64,000 nucleotides of DNA from Tricharina praecox (taxonomy: Eukaryota). The notes beneath the pieces were generated by a model. The model searched no databases. It was not told the DNA's origin and saw nothing but the letters and a program-made list of their open reading frames with translations. Location of the stretch: assembly GCF_024521635.1 (NCBI RefSeq), contig NW_026250407.1, positions 620,001-684,000 on the forward strand, given 5' to 3'. Shown here one piece after another: positions 35,801 to 50,700 of the stretch (positions within the stretch are counted from its first letter, which is position 1; each line of letters begins with the position of its first letter). Position numbers and translations under genes: made by a program.

Positions 35801-38800
35801 AAACCGGGAATCGTTAGACCAGCTACTTATCGGTTCTAACCACCGGTACTAACTAGTACCTACCGGTAGGTATGTGCCGCTGTTCTAGATCTCCGGTGAC
35901 GGGTAGGGCATCGTCGGCGTACCCAGGATATTCGTACATTTGTACGTACGTGCAAACAATGCTCTGCGAATCGTGAACTTCGCTCCGTGTTCAAACTTCA
36001 CGGCGGCAACGAGGTTATGTAACATACTCCTCCCGTACTACTTATCCGCGTCTTCTCGGTCTCGGTGGCATGGTTTTCTTTGCCCCAAGCTCTAAGCTCC
36101 AAACTCCGTTCAAAGAGGGTAGGTACATACCTGGTAGGCTGTAGCTCACCTCCGGAATTTCCGAGTATACTCGTATGCACATACCATGATATCCGCCGCC
36201 GTCAGCGCTCAAGGGATAACCAGTAACTACCGGTATTGACTCGTCATCTTGCCAGCTGAGCCTATCCACTCCAGGCTCCAGCAAAGCAAGGGAGGACTCA
36301 GGAGCAAACTACATACGGTACTTTTCCTCCGAAGCTGTAAGCTGCCATCACTCGACCACATACCGACTCACGGAGGACGGCACTGATTACTGCTGTATGC
36401 ATGTATGTACTCGCAAGTAGCCCACTGGCAGTAGATTCCGACCTCCCCCGGCCTTCCTCGACTCCTCGACGGTGATTCGATAAATGAGTCACGGCTGCGG
36501 ACCGTCGAACGGCCCAGCCGGTAAGGCCTGTACCAGCACAAAGACCGGCACAGCATCTCGGATGTGTCGGCCGCGTCAGCACCCGGATGGTGTTTCGGTT
36601 CTGCGGAGACGTCTCCGTCGACCAACGGCCCACGGCCTCGCTCGCTCGAGCTGGGAACCGTGTTCGGAAGATAGCCTATTACGGGCGAATCGGATGTTGC
36701 AAATGTGCAAATGTGCGGAACCGGAGCCGGACATATATACCGAAGGAGTGGTATGACGCTGGCCGGGTGATGCAACTTCTAGGAATTCGCCTGATCATCG
36801 TATTCGTCCTTCCGCACCGGCCGAAATGTCTCTGCGGGGACGGGGACGGGAAGAACTACCTATGTAGATGCCCATATGTGTTGAGGAAGGAGATAAAACT
36901 ACCTACATGCATACCTACTCGAGGAGAGGATGAAGGCATACATGGAGAAGGACCGCATGCTTGCCAACCAGCCAGCCAGCCAAGAGGAGGAAAGCAGATG
37001 GGATTGATGGTACGGACAGTCGCAAAAGCTGCCATCTCCTAAGTCCTTGTCGGAAGATGGATTCTTGCCTTCTACCTACCAACCACAGTCAAACGCTGTT
37101 CATGTCGAATATCAGATACCTATCCAGAAGTACGTGAGTAAGTAGGTAACCTGAAATCGCAATGTTTGTCACACTATTTACAGCCATAGCTCACACAATT
37201 GACACGACTAATGCCCTGGTGGGACAATCTATCTATGTAGGTAGGTAGCTGATGGCATATCATATATGGAAGGACATCTGTATGCTTCACTTCACGAAGG
37301 AATATCTTCCACACCCCAGTTTCCTCCAACCACCCGTACTTGTATGTACCCGTATATGTACCCGTACCCGTACTTCCCCGAACAACACCGAGCTTTGAGC
37401 ATTGAGTTTTGCCGGAAGGGGCAGACATCAGACACCAGACACACCTCGTCGCTCGTCGCTCGGTGAGCGACGAATTGGTGGGGGCGGTGGGGTTACCGGA
37501 GGATTCCGACGGTTGGAATTCAATCATCGAGTCGAAGCCTGTGGAAGCCTCGGTACGAAAGGGAAACAATGAGCTTCTCGAGAAGAGAGAGATAGAAAAA
37601 AATACCTCAGGAGTCAGGAACTCGAGCCTGCGTTTCATAGCACAGCATAACTACAGCACACAGCACACCGGCCGGATCACGCGCCATCACCCCTCGGACC
37701 TCCCCCCGGTCAGCACCACTCGACCACGGAGCAGACCTGGGCGTGAAAGTCGGAACGGGGTGAGCTCATCGGAAGCATTGAACACCAGCATTAACATCCA
37801 GCTGGAAGGTCCCTTTTTTTTGTTCATTCATTGATTTCATGCGACTTATGTAGATCATGGCGATATCACCCCGTTTCACCCCGTTTCACCCCCGCCGTTT
37901 CCACGCCACTGTCCAACCCGACTTGCATCGAGCGGCCCGATGTGGCTTTCCCTGCCCTCCGCCCCGGCCTGTCCCAGAAAAGTAGATACACGGTCAGCTG
38001 GAAAGTCTAGCGGAAAGGTTCCGTGGGTTCAGAGGGAATGGCGAGCGAGCGGGTCATCATCCAGCACGGCGGACAAGGACTCAGGAGGGGCAATGCAAGT
38101 ATACGAGTGCCAGTCCCCTTTGCAATCCCCTTTGCAATCCCCTTTGCAATTTCCCTTGCGATTGTTATGCACACAAGCATACTCCCATACATACTCCCAT
38201 ACTCCCATACATACTCCCATACTCCCATACACCCGCTGGGGCGGTGTGGAGCTGTGGGCTATGGGATATGGAATTCTCACCTCGGCGCGCCCCAGCGGGG
38301 AGCGGGCCGAGCACGCCGCGGTGGAGTATAACACCCCGAGCATGAACCGGAGGAACCGGGGGAATCAGTGGAATCGGAGGAGACGGGCCACCATAGTTCA
38401 GTTGTCTGGTGTAGACCACATTATGTACCTACATCCTATACAACATCGGAAACAGTCGAATGCAATGTAGTGGAACCCACCACCCCCAACGAAACGAAAC
38501 AATTCACTGGATGAAGAAGTATCAAACGGTAACCCGGGTAGTAAACCCCATCGGCTTTCGGTCATTGTATTGCAACTTGCAAGAGAAAAAACGTTAACGA
38601 GTGTATGATAGGTACCTGAATCCAGCAGCTGCGGTCCCGGTATGCGCAACAGAAACAGAAAACATATGAGAGCAGAGAGTTGTACGAGCGTGCGTGCGTA
38701 AAAGTAGATCAAAAAGAAAGAAAGAAGGAAGCATGAGTATGAGAAGTATAAGTAGAACGCCCAGGAACAGGAACAAGAACAGGAACATGAACAGGAACAG

Positions 38801-39722
38801 GGAAAAGCACGAAAGAAAGAAAGAAAGAAAGAAAGAACTTCGAAAAAAGCAAGACAAAGTATCATATGTAACTCCCAACTTCCGACCAGTCTGTCCTTCA
38901 TTATGCAGACCGCAACACAACAAATCTTCCCCAAATTCTTAGACGTATTTTTTCTTCCCCCACACATGTAACCCCTAGAGCTCTCAAGAAATCAACAAAG
39001 TAAGATACCAAGTACCAAGCATACGAAATGGTTTACACAAACTGGGAACATAGTTCAAAAAAAAAAGCAAATCAAGTATTCCGCCCCCATTCTACCCGCA
39101 AAGCAAAAACGAAAAAAATGAAAAAATACAAGAAACGATACTCTCTGCCCGTTTATCCCAGACCCTAGAAAGAGCTGCGCACATCAGGGGATACCGATCG
39201 TGCTCCCTCGCCCCCATCCTCTTCCGCCCATAAGTATCGGTCCCGCAGAAAGAAAAAACAAGTACCCAACCAATCTACCCTGCTTACCAAAAGAGATATT
39301 GTGGAGCAAAAAAAGAAAACCCAGGCGGCCTTTGGCTTGTGTATAAAACGCGAAAAAGAAAAAGGATGACAGTTGAGTAGAGGAAGAGTGAGACAACTTG
39401 GGTGTATACGAGGAAATTCCCACCGCAATAAGTACAGTAACCTGTAGGAGAAAAAAAACATAACGCAGGAGAAAAAAAAACGAGGACAAACTCCAATTCT
39501 CGGGTTTCCAATCTTGAACATAAGTATGCAGAAAGAATTGACACCAAATGCCATAGGAACTGATGAAATGCAAAGGGGCATATAACGAATGTACTGTCTC
39601 GACCCGTAATAATCATAAACACCGCGGAGAAGACGTAGTTGAAGCCAAAGGCAGGAAAAAAACCGATTATACCCAGATCACACCCGGGCGAGAGAAAAAA
39701 GCTGACTGAAAAAAGCGAGGTA

Positions 39723-42521
39723 TTAATGAGAATTGAGGGAAAGTCCCTGGAGCCCCATCCAGACCTCGCCAGCACCGTTGTGCCCGTGCCCATGTCCGTG
39801 GTGCACATGCCCATGCCCATCATAGGGGCTTTGTTGGGAGTGGCCACTAAAGTACGCCGGATTGTATCCATTCTGAGGATTAAAATCGGAGGCGCCCGGG
39901 GAATTGCGGGATGGGAACCCGTGTTGCTGCTGTTGCTGCTGTGACAGAGTGGGCTGCTGCGGGCCACCGCGTTGAGCATTTCCCATCAAGCCGCCCGCTG
40001 AGCTTGTCTGATACGCCGGATAGGCCTGCGCCTGACTTCCGTACTGTGTGTGGAGCACATCGTTGGAGGTTTCCACGATTGATCCCAGCGGACCACTGGG
40101 CGGAACTCCGGATCCTGGTTGGTGCAATCCGGCCGGATGAGCGAATGAGGCCGGATTCATGGCCGACATCCATATGCGAGTCTTATACACCTTGAAAAGA
40201 TCCGTGACGAGAGAATTAAAATTGATGTAGGAATCCGCAAAGTAGTAAAACGTCAACTTCTTCCAGTCCCTACCCACCCACAGAAAAATTAGGATCCTAT
40301 AAGGCTTGCTATGTCAGGGAAATGCTCACATTTGGAACTCGGCATCGAGTATCTCCATGGGCAGTCTGTGTTCGGCAACCTTCTGCTGGCACACGCGCTT
40401 CGCCTTGGCCTCATTCGCCTCCTTGTCCCGAAGCGTCTGAATCTCATGAGGCTGAGCAAGTCTCTTGATCATCTTGGGCTTTAGTTCCGCCGTCTGAGGC
40501 TCTTGGGCTTGCCCGTGCCCGTGCCCGTGGCCTTGCATGGAATTGCCCGAATTTCCATTCGAGAAGGGCTGATTAATGGCTCCGTTGACGTTGGCACCTG
40601 CTGGGGTGGCACCCGGGGTTGGTCGCCGCGATGCATACATCATCAGGACACTGTACTGTTCCTTCGCGTAGTGCTCTTTCAGCTCCTTCGCTCGCTGCCA
40701 GCTGATGTTCTCGGCAATGACGGTGCCTAGGTCGGTGCCTCTATCTGCCTCGACGATAACCAGATCGCCAACACGAACACGCAGACCAGTGCCCTCCTGC
40801 ACGTAGAAAACATCGCCCCGATACGCCTTGAAGGTGACGAAATAGAGGAGTTGTTGGCTGCGTGGTTGGGGAAGCATGGGCATCCCTCCCATCATGCCCC
40901 GATGAGGCGCAGTGGGCGAAGGCGAAGAGCGGGAGTTCGACGCATATCCTGACATGTGCTGAAGATGATGCTGCGGTTGCGAGGCCGCAGCAGATGGGCC
41001 CAAGATCGCAGTCTTTGCCGAAGAAAAGGATTGCCGGGTCTGCATGCGGTTGGCCTCGCCGCCGTACAGCGGTTCTTTGCGAGAATTGTCAAATCCCGAT
41101 ACATCTGTTAGAGACAGATAGTTACCTCTGCCCGTGAGGGCACTTTCACCGGAGGCAACATTTCTTTTTCCGAGAAGATCGCTGCCTCCAAACTCCGCAC
41201 CGAGTCCAGCAAATGAATGTCGCCTGCTTTGAGCTCCAGAATCCCCTACTCCGAACAGGCCTCCTGACTGCCAGGTCTGACGCAGGTTCTCCACACGTTG
41301 GTTTTCGGCACCCTGGTACATTGAACTCATGGCTCTAGGTGCCTCGCTGAAGCGCCGATGCTCGTTGAATTGACTAAGATCCATGTCATCCTCCTCAGCC
41401 AATGCCGATTCGTATTCGTCTACCCGTTCGGTGTCTCTATGCGCATGGCCGGAGGCGCCAAGGTGGTGCATGGCCGGTATGGTGGCCGCGGAGGCAGAGC
41501 GACCCCTGAATTGTGTGGGGTCATACTTGGTCCTGGAATAGCCCGATTGATGGCCTTGAAAGTAGCTGCTCTGAGCAAGTGGTCCTATGCTCTCTTCGTC
41601 TTCCGTCTCGAACACGCTCCGGAGAGGACTGGGAGAGTCGGCAAACTGCTCGCCCGAAAGTAAGCTGGGTCTCGACGGCCTGTGTTGAAGGCCGGGTTGC
41701 GTATGTTGCCGAGCACCACCACCTCCTCCACCTCCACCTCCACCAGCAGTGCTGCCGAGCATACCGGGGGGCGACAGTCTCGGTCGCGTCTGGTCTTCGA
41801 GATCCATTTGGCCGACAGAGAACGACATGGACCGGTAGTTTCTAAATTGCGGTTGGAGCGGAATCGGGATGGGGAACTCGGAGTTGTTGTTATTGTTCCC
41901 CGACATGCTGGTTGGACTCGGGAGAGCCTCGCTGCCGACGAAAAGAGGGTGGCCATTGGGTGCGACTCCATTGGGGGGCTGCGACGGCATATTGAGCCCC
42001 TTTGGGGGACTCTTCCTTGAGGGGTCCGGATTCCAGATGGAACCACCCCAGAACGGAGCCAAGGTATTCGGCGCGGCACCGGGACCAGCACCGGGACCGG
42101 ACACGCTGGCGGCCCATGCAGCAGTGTCGCCCTGAGGAGTCGAGGGATGTGAGGTAGTCGGGGACAGTGGCCCTCCCGAAGTGATGGAGTACGTGCGTTG
42201 CCTCGTGTGGAATTCGGCAGCATACGACGGTCGCCTCGATGACAATTGGGAGATTGCGCCTTTGGGGAAAAAACCGAGGTTTTTCTGTTCTTCGTCGTCG
42301 GACGAGGTGACCGCGTCGGATTCGGGGGACTGGTGGCGGAACGCCGCCCCGTCCGGAATACCACCGCCGGAAGTATTGAATGTCACCCCCTTATGAACAC
42401 CGTTGGATGCATGATTATTGTTCGCGAGGGATGACGCTACTTTCTCGAGATACGAGCGCGCAGAGTCCGAGGAAGGCATGTCGTTGGTCCGAGGCGTTGT
42501 TGAGGATGGCGCGCCAGACAT
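39723..42521 (-). CDS. PSP1 C-terminal domain protein; exons 42521-40330, 40269-39723
   Basis: LYFVTFKAYRGDVFY, VGDLVIVEADRGTDLG, PKMIKRLA, MEILDAEFQMDWKKLTFYYFADSYINFNSLVTDLFKVYKTRIWM. Confidence 0.9.
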
Positions 42522-42615
42522 TGTATCGCAGTGACCCTGCGTTGTTACCGGTAAGGGTGAAGAAAGCTGGGGTAGAAAGGTGGGGCAGAACGTGTGTATC
42601 GTTGTCGCGCGATTA

Positions 42616-42801
42616 TTATGGGGAGGAGGAGGGGGAGGAGGAGAAGGTGGTGGAGGTGGTGGAAATGTAGCAACCAATCTCGTTGTCTAAAACACGGCGC
42701 GAGGGACTCTGCGAATATTAGCTGGAGGGAACACGCATGGGCACAGGATTCGCTGATCAACGGTGCATTAACTAAAAGGATGCGCAACTCACCTCCCGCA
42801 T
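42616..42801 (-). promoter_or_regulatory. Predicted 33-codon intron-spanning uORF in the PSP1 5' leader
   Basis: ATG CGG GAG|GTGAGT (donor 42792), branch GCTAAT, CAG acceptor 42709, TAA at 42618-42616. Confidence 0.5.
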
Positions 42802-45800
42802 GTGCGGCCCTGTCGAACCCTCTGGAGAGACAGAAGCGAAGAGAAGAGAGCGCAACAGATTCCTTCAGTGCACACGAGGAGGGGTTTGTAGAAGGAATAC
42901 GGGAGGGTTTGTGTGTAGCCTTCTCAGCGCTGACAATTCCGAGCTATTTTCAGCCTACAAATCGCATCGTGTTAGCAGGTAGGCTGCGACAGGAACCGTA
43001 GATGTTTGAGTACCACGAGGTCGGACAACAGCAAGATTAAGCGCCAATGTACGGGGTACGGGGTACGGACGAGAGAAAGTCTGGTGAGAGAAAACTCTGC
43101 CTTCGAGGGGGAGTATATTTCAGTTACGGGGGTTCCTGGACGCTGAAATTCTTTTTATTCTTCTCGTTCTTCTTCTTCTCCTTCTGCTTCCCCTTCTTCT
43201 TCTTGTTGTTCACTCTAGCGGTGGTGGCAGTGGAGGTGGTGGCGGCGGCGACGAGACAGCGAAAACGGCGCCTTTCCTCCGTCGCGTTCTCGAGGGAAGT
43301 GACTGACAATGGATCCAACAACAACAACAACGGCAGGGAGAACGGAGAATAAATGACGTCGAAGATGCGACGGTTATGTATAAGGCCAAACAAGCCACCG
43401 ATTCGAAAGCGGTCTGAAGACGACAAAAAATGACCCGTGCGGCGAGTCAAGAACAGGAGAGAGAGGAGAGGGCAGGGGGTGGAGGGGTGGTGATGATGTT
43501 GTGCAAGCTAGTTGGTGGAGGTCATCGTACAGGCGGTAAAAAGCTGCTGGGCACAGGTAGGGATGAAGAGCAGAGGGAAGGATGGGAGGTGGAGAGGGAT
43601 ACGGGAAGGGTGGGGGGGGGGGGATGATTTCTGAGGCAGAGACGACGAATGACACCGATCAGGCCACAGCCTCTTTTCGGGCGCCACTGGAGCTGTATGG
43701 GATAGAACGGCAAGCTTTTGGCGGGTGCTGTCTAGTGATGCGCGGGGAAGAAGTAGGCGAACGGATTCAGGCACGGAGGCTAATGTGGGGGGACAGGAAC
43801 GCGAGGCGAGGCGAGCAAACCTAGAACGTGAGGCAGGCCAGTCGAGACGAGACGAGACGAGACGAACGGGCGGGCAGGGCAAGGCGGGGGCGGGGGCGGG
43901 CGAGTTCGGGCAGGACTGGACAGGACAGGGCAGGACAGGACAGGACAGCTGGAACGAGGATAAGATGGTGGGTGTTGAGGGAGGAAGATGAGTACGATAT
44001 TTGTCTGAGGAGGGGCGAAGCTGAGTCTTAGAAGAGCAAGCAAGCAAGGGCGCGCGGGAATGCGAAGAGGTGGATGATGGGGATGAGGTTACCCCCGGGA
44101 GAGACGATGTGTGTGTGGGTGTGTATGAGTGGGTGTGTGGAGGGAGGGAAGGGTGTGGAGATGAGATGATGGGCTGGCCGAACTGAGAACTGAGAACGTT
44201 CTGGACGGACAGGCACGACGATGTAGCTATGGTAGGTATCGTGGCTACGGTACTCGACATACAATGCCGTCTCCGTACGGCCGTCCGAGTAGGTGAGTAA
44301 GTACTGGGTGGTAGGTACATATCTCCACCACGAATACCGTGGCCACGACCACGACCACGACCATTGCCACCATCACTACCACCACATGCTATCCACAACA
44401 GCCAGAGACGGCAAACGAGCTTCCCGAAGAGATCGAGCGACGAAAGAGCGACGGATTGCCATGGTTGTCAAAGTACTCTATCGACTCGGAGGTGCATGGA
44501 AAACGGTGATCTGGCGTATGTAGGCAGGTAGGTACTCCATACATCTGCCTCCACGCCTACGGGGTTCGCACTCACCGTGGGGGAGACAGGTGAGTAGAGT
44601 ACTATTATCATATAGTCCCCAAACCCCATCCGCAGAATTTATACCCTCCAACAGCCACTTCACGGACCAGGCCATCTTGCTCGTCTCTCTCTGGACGCGC
44701 TGATGGTGGACAAAGTTGACGATCACGGCGGACGATGGATGGACGCGGTTGTGCTGCATCTCCTGCAAGGATTGCCATCAGAGGACTCCAATTGGGAACT
44801 GTGCCCTGGCCTTGAGCTTGTGGGAGGTTTTGGTCGGAGTCCAGGTGGATCGAAGCACTCCGAGGACATGCCAACGCCAACTTGGGGACATAACTACGCA
44901 CCTGGAGAGAGTGAGGACCAGATCCAAGACTACGCATGGTCGAGGGACGGGGACTGCCGTATGAACGTGTACGAGTAGAGTACCTACCGTTCACCATCAC
45001 GATGTCTGCAGAAACCGCAGCAGAAGCAGAAGCAGCAGAAGCAGCAGAAACCGCAGCAGCAGCATCGTCATCACCATCAGGCGCCGCATTGGTCCATGCG
45101 CATGCAGTCAACCTCCCGACATCCCCAAACTCTGTTGGTGAACGCCAGCCATCATCATGATTCAGCACCATCATCAGCATCATCACCAGCATCATCAACC
45201 TACGTACCCGCGCAAACATGCTGTACCCGTATGTACTGTGCACACGGCACACGCAATGCACACACACGATGCCGGCTTCCTTCCTTCGATCTTCACTCAC
45301 ACACCGTCAGCCAGCCAGCCATTTAGCCAGCCACCAGCCAGCCAGTCAAGTCAGCCAGCAGCCATCGAAACTCGTGAAGAGCCGGGCGAACCGGCAACTC
45401 TAAATTAAAACTAAATCGCTCCATCGTGCATTCTAACTTACCTCTTACATAGGTCGCAAACGGAACCTCCGTTTGCAGGCGAGGAGCGGCTCCGGATGAC
45501 TAGCCCAGCAGCGTCGAGCACCTGCTTCACCAAGGATTTTCGGTGGAGCAATTGTGGATTCCAATTCCCGATATTTACTTCGATTCGGACTAGGCCGAAT
45601 ACTAGAGCTGTTGCTTTAGAGTACTTTCCCAGGTACCGTAGAGCTACCTTCTCTACTCTACCTTCAGGACCTAACTACTCCTCAGTACCCGAGCAAGTAC
45701 CTACCTCTTACTTCTTCACCTACGGTACCTACTCCACCGACAATGCGTACACCGGTGTGTACGCAAGTACGCAAGTACCTACTCCACCTCATTCTCCCCT

Positions 45801-47694
45801 GGCGTCAATGGGCCTTCAGTCTTTACGTCCGTGGTTTTTCTTTGTTTGACCGGAGAGCAGGCACGTTTCTGGTTTCGATGCAATAACAATAATTACTCGG
45901 CCGTACGTCCTACTATATGTACCACTACCAATGCCATACTCCGGTCCCTCACCGCACAACACAACGCTATGCACAGTGCAACCATCGGTCAGGTGCATCT
46001 CTCGAGTCTCCCTCGAGTAAAAAGAAAACCGAAACCCGAAAAAGAAAGTATCGCTTCGAGAGCAGTATGTATGATAGAGTGCCTAGTGCTCTGATAGCTC
46101 GCCACCCATATCTCGGGCTACCGTTCAACTAAGGACTCAACTCAACTCAACTCCACTCTACTCTAGGTAAGTACGGTAACTTCTCCACATAGTTAGAGCA
46201 ACCACTTTGCCTGCAACCTTGCACTGCGCTGCGCATCCCTTGACCATGCACGACACGCTAGAGCAAGCCACAGGGTTCGGAATCCAGCACACCACCAGTT
46301 AGTTAGCCATGTCGAGTCCCCCGAGTAGAGTACCGCATCTATAACGCGGCGACTCGCGAGACCTCCTACCTAACGCCGCGGGAGAAGACACCAAGAATCT
46401 TTGCAATTCGGATACGAGGCGGGCGAAGAAGCTGGTCTTTTTTACCCCGCGTCTTGGTCGGGGTTAGCGCAGCATTCGTTAGGGAGGGTGTACCACACAT
46501 GGACTCTCCTCTAGAGGATCCGCCCTCCCACACCACACCACACCACACCACACCAAGAACGAAAAAGAAGGAAGGAAAGGAAAGGGAAAAAAGACCGAAA
46601 GACTGAAACCACCCGGCCGCGGAAGCCAGACTCCAAACTCCAGGGTGACCGTGTCTGGATCTTGTTGCATGTCCTCGCCGTGCCGATATCGATCCTCCAC
46701 CCCCCTCCCCAGAGAAAAAGTTACTCTATTTCCTTGCGGGTTGAGGATTCAAGCGCCGGACGTGCGCGTCGGTTCAAGCTTAGCTAAGGAAAGGAAACCT
46801 GTTGATCTGTGGCGACTCGTGAGTTGTGAGTCTCCTCGCGATATACCGGTACCAGATTGCCCGTCAGGCGGCTGTGAGTGTGAGTGAGTGTGTCCGAGAG
46901 CCCCCCGCCGGTATCCAGATTCCAGACTCTCTCTCTCTATCTCTCCCGCCCCCGCACTTCGGCCGGGAATGGGAACTCTACGGATCCCCGAGTCGTCGAG
47001 TCGTCGGGTAGGTAACCAACTCAAGACCAGCCCAAACGTGAAAAGCATTCTGGCTTTGGACTTTAGAAGTGTCCTGTCGATAAGATGTAGGTACTCGCAT
47101 ATATCTCCCTCCGGAAGGATCAGTACTCTAAAGTAGATGGATAGTTCGTCTGGAGTATTTCACGGGCGCTGGCTTAGGCGCACGGGAACAAAAGGGGCCT
47201 CCGCCCCCCGGGGTGGAGGGTGGAGGGGGGTGGCATCATATGAACGTTCAACGAACTCCTGCTGGCTGGCTGCAGTGCTACCTACATAATGCACCCGGAG
47301 TTACTCTACATACATGGACACTCTCTTTCCACACACATACATACCCCGCATATGCACTCGCAATATGACACAAGGATCAGCAGCAGCAGCAGGAGCAGGA
47401 GCAGGAGGGAAATAATTGCTCACACCACCACCTACCACCTACCACCACCAGCAGCAGCACCACCCTGTGAAGATTACCCGGTCAAATCCAGCTCCAGCTC
47501 CGACAGCCAGCCAGTCTGAACGGCTCCCGAAATGTGGAGAAACTATGTGCGTATGTGTATGTACGGAGGCAGAGATGTGGAGAAACTATCGATGTAGATA
47601 TGTACGGGGGGCAGAATCCAGATGTGCACAGTGCACAGTGCGCTTGCCAGTACTGTTTGCATCTCTCCTGCAGCACGGCCGTTGGTTCGAGCTG

Positions 47695-47766
47695 TGCTGG
47701 TGCTGGTGCTGGTGCTGGTGCTGGTGCTGGTGCTGGTGCTGGTGCTGGTGCTGGTGCTGGTGCTGG
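47695..47766. repeat. (TGCTGG)12 microsatellite
   Basis: Perfect hexamer array seen directly. Confidence 0.95.
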
Positions 47767-50700
47767 CGCTGGGTGTTTGTGTTTGTGTTTGTGTTTGTGG
47801 TGTTTATGGTTGTAGTGGTGGTGCTGGTGGTGTGAGTGCAGCCGTGGTGAGGCATATGGTAAGTTGGCAACGGAGCTCCGCACATTCGTTCGAAACAATT
47901 ACATACGGCCTTTGATCGAATTGGCTTTGAAAAAAGCTGGGAGGGAGATCGAACCGCTCGGGGCCGAATAGCGGTAGACTACCTACTACCTACTCGCCCG
48001 CACTGTACGGTACTGCACTGCTTCGTTCTCGTTCTAGTGTTCCACACCTTCCTCCTACCTATGTCAGTAAGTATGAGAGTAAACTACAGCTCCCCGATAA
48101 CCATCTAGGTAAGATGTAGCTAACATGTACAAGTACACAAGTAAATACCCACCGAATCCGAACGGCCGCTAATGCAAGGGAGTCTTCCAGCAGCGGGAGA
48201 GGAGCCGCTACAGTAGGTATGTTGAGTAGAGTACAGTGTGGTGGTGGTAGTGGTGGTGGTGGTGGAAATTGCTCCCATCTTTTTTTTCGTTTCGGGGAAG
48301 GGTGGGCGCCACCCACCACCACCCACCACCCACCACCACTATCCTCGCCATGCCATGCCACTGCCAGGCTACCTGCCTTTGCGTCCGGTTTTGGAGCTGT
48401 TGCTTTGCTGGAGCTGTTGCTTTGCTGGAGGTGTTGCTTCTGGAGGTGTTGCTTCTGGAGGTGTTGCTTCTGCCCCCCCCCCCCCCCCCCCTCCCTCGCC
48501 CATGTATCATAGGATGTCACTCGTGCCGCATTGGAGCGGCGGAATACCTACCTTACCTAAGGAAGTATGGCAGAATCGTGGAATGGGCGAATTCGGGATG
48601 AGTGATATACCCAGAGACTAGAGTACCTATCGATGCAGCTGCGGTTCGAAACAGATCTGTGGACCTGTGGTCAGTGGTGAATCGATATCGGACGCTGGGC
48701 TGGACTGGGCTGGACTGGTGGCTGGGCTGGTATCTGGTCTGGTATGGTATCTGGTCTGGTATGGTATCTGGTCTGGCAGACTGGATTCTAGTTGCGGCCA
48801 TTCCGGTTTCGGCCTTGCAGACGGGAGGTTTTCGCCGTGGAGAGACTGTGGGCAGTGAACGGCGGAGAGTGCTCGGCGGCCTCGACTCCCAGAATTTCCA
48901 TTTGCATTTCTAGCGCTGTATGTAGTGTACTGTGTACCTACGCCAGCGGCGTATGTGAGTCCGTGTATATTTCTGGCAAGTTGTAGGTAGTAGGTAGCAG
49001 AGTTCGCAAGTTAATGGTCTCACCTTTCCCACCGCTTCCACCTTTCCCACCGTCTCACCGTCTCACCGATCCACTGCCCTGGGAGTAGGTCCGAAAAAGC
49101 GCGAATACCCAAGGGCGGTGGACCACGGTGGCGAGACGAATGCTATCATACCTAATATCATACCTAATATCATACCCAGTAGGTTAAGTAGGTATCGACC
49201 GCGGCGGCGGGGGCGGGGGCGGAGTGATCGGCCGCCTATTTCAAAATTCCAAGTTTCAACGCGTCCCCGTCCCCGTCGACGGTCGAGTAGGAACCTGCCC
49301 AGGTAGGATGGTTTCCGCCAGTCTGGACTCTGGATTCTGTGGTTGATGGAATGGAGGACCTCCCTCGGCCAAACAACAAGGCGTTTTCATCATAGGTACT
49401 TTCTCAGTGCTCACTTAACTGGCCTGTGCAAACTCTGGGAACGGCCGCTTTGAAGTTTGGACTCGGGGATACCGGCCGCTTGGCCCTCGCCCCCTCGCAC
49501 CGACTACGGTACATCTAGAATTCCTGCACTTGTCCCCCCCTCGCCCTCGTCCACTCGCTTACTTCTCGCACACACGCACACGCACATGCTGAAAATCATG
49601 AAAAGACCATCATTCCTACTCTTCTCTAGTTACTCCACGGGTCTCGGCGATAAGCCCTTGCATACATACATGCCTATCGCTCTCGGGTCTCGCTCGCTAC
49701 TCCAGTTGCCAGCACGAAAAAACCTGATGTTTACAGTTTCCGGGAATGATGTTCGCCGCTCGGTGTTCATCCCTCACCCTCATCCCTCATCCCTCATCCC
49801 TCAAGAACAGAAAAACGAAAAATGAAAAACTAGAGTAAGTAGGCATTGCCACTCAATGATAATCTGAACGTCAGGGAAAACGCTTGGGATCGTCTAACGT
49901 CCAGCTCGTGCTTCGACTCTTCGAGGGTCGTTCTTAAGATTGTCGGCTTTGGTGGGGTGGGGTGGTTGTGGGTAGGTGGTTGAAGGTTGGTCGGTAGGTG
50001 GGTTCGGACGATGTGTCAGGCCATACTCCCGGAACCGACGATTCGCACTGCACACTGCACAGTTTACAGTGCACAGTGCAGTGTGCGGCCCAAGCTTATT
50101 TCTGGAACGGCACGGTGAAGCCGGATCCGAGTGATGGAGCTGGGGCCACTCAAACTCAATGCACGCATGCGTGATGAGGTAGATGGTAGGATTCTCGTCG
50201 GGGGAACACATACGATCGAGCCCTATCCAGCCCAGTCCGCACACTGTGCCGAATCGAATCGCAATCGCAATCGCAATCGCAATAACTCCCGTGAGGTGCC
50301 GTGCATGAGTGAGACGTTGTGAAGACACATATCTCCGCCTATCCAGAATGACCAAGCTCCCTTCCTTCCTGCGAGTACGTTGCCCCTACATGTGCTCGTA
50401 CATACACCGATGTAGATTTACTAGTACTAGGTAGTAGATCCAATGCAACGCGCTGATCTGCCCATCATCCGGAGCGGCGAATGACGAATGCAGCTACCTA
50501 GGCTGCTGGGTGAGTGAGTGAGGAAAGTCTGGGCGATAGGCAGCCCCAGTGCCCCGCCTTTCGGTCGGGGAGTTGACAGCTCGTCGAGTCGTGGACTTTC
50601 TTTTGCTCAACGTCCAGTTATCAACGCACTCGACTCGATCCGACTGCAGCCCCATGCATACCGTACATACGAGCAGCCAGAGCAGTTGTGAGTCGTGACT

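Noticed and set aside
47930..47956. Minus-strand GGTTCGATC B-box followed by a T run
   Set aside because: No cloverleaf or A-box upstream; not a tRNA
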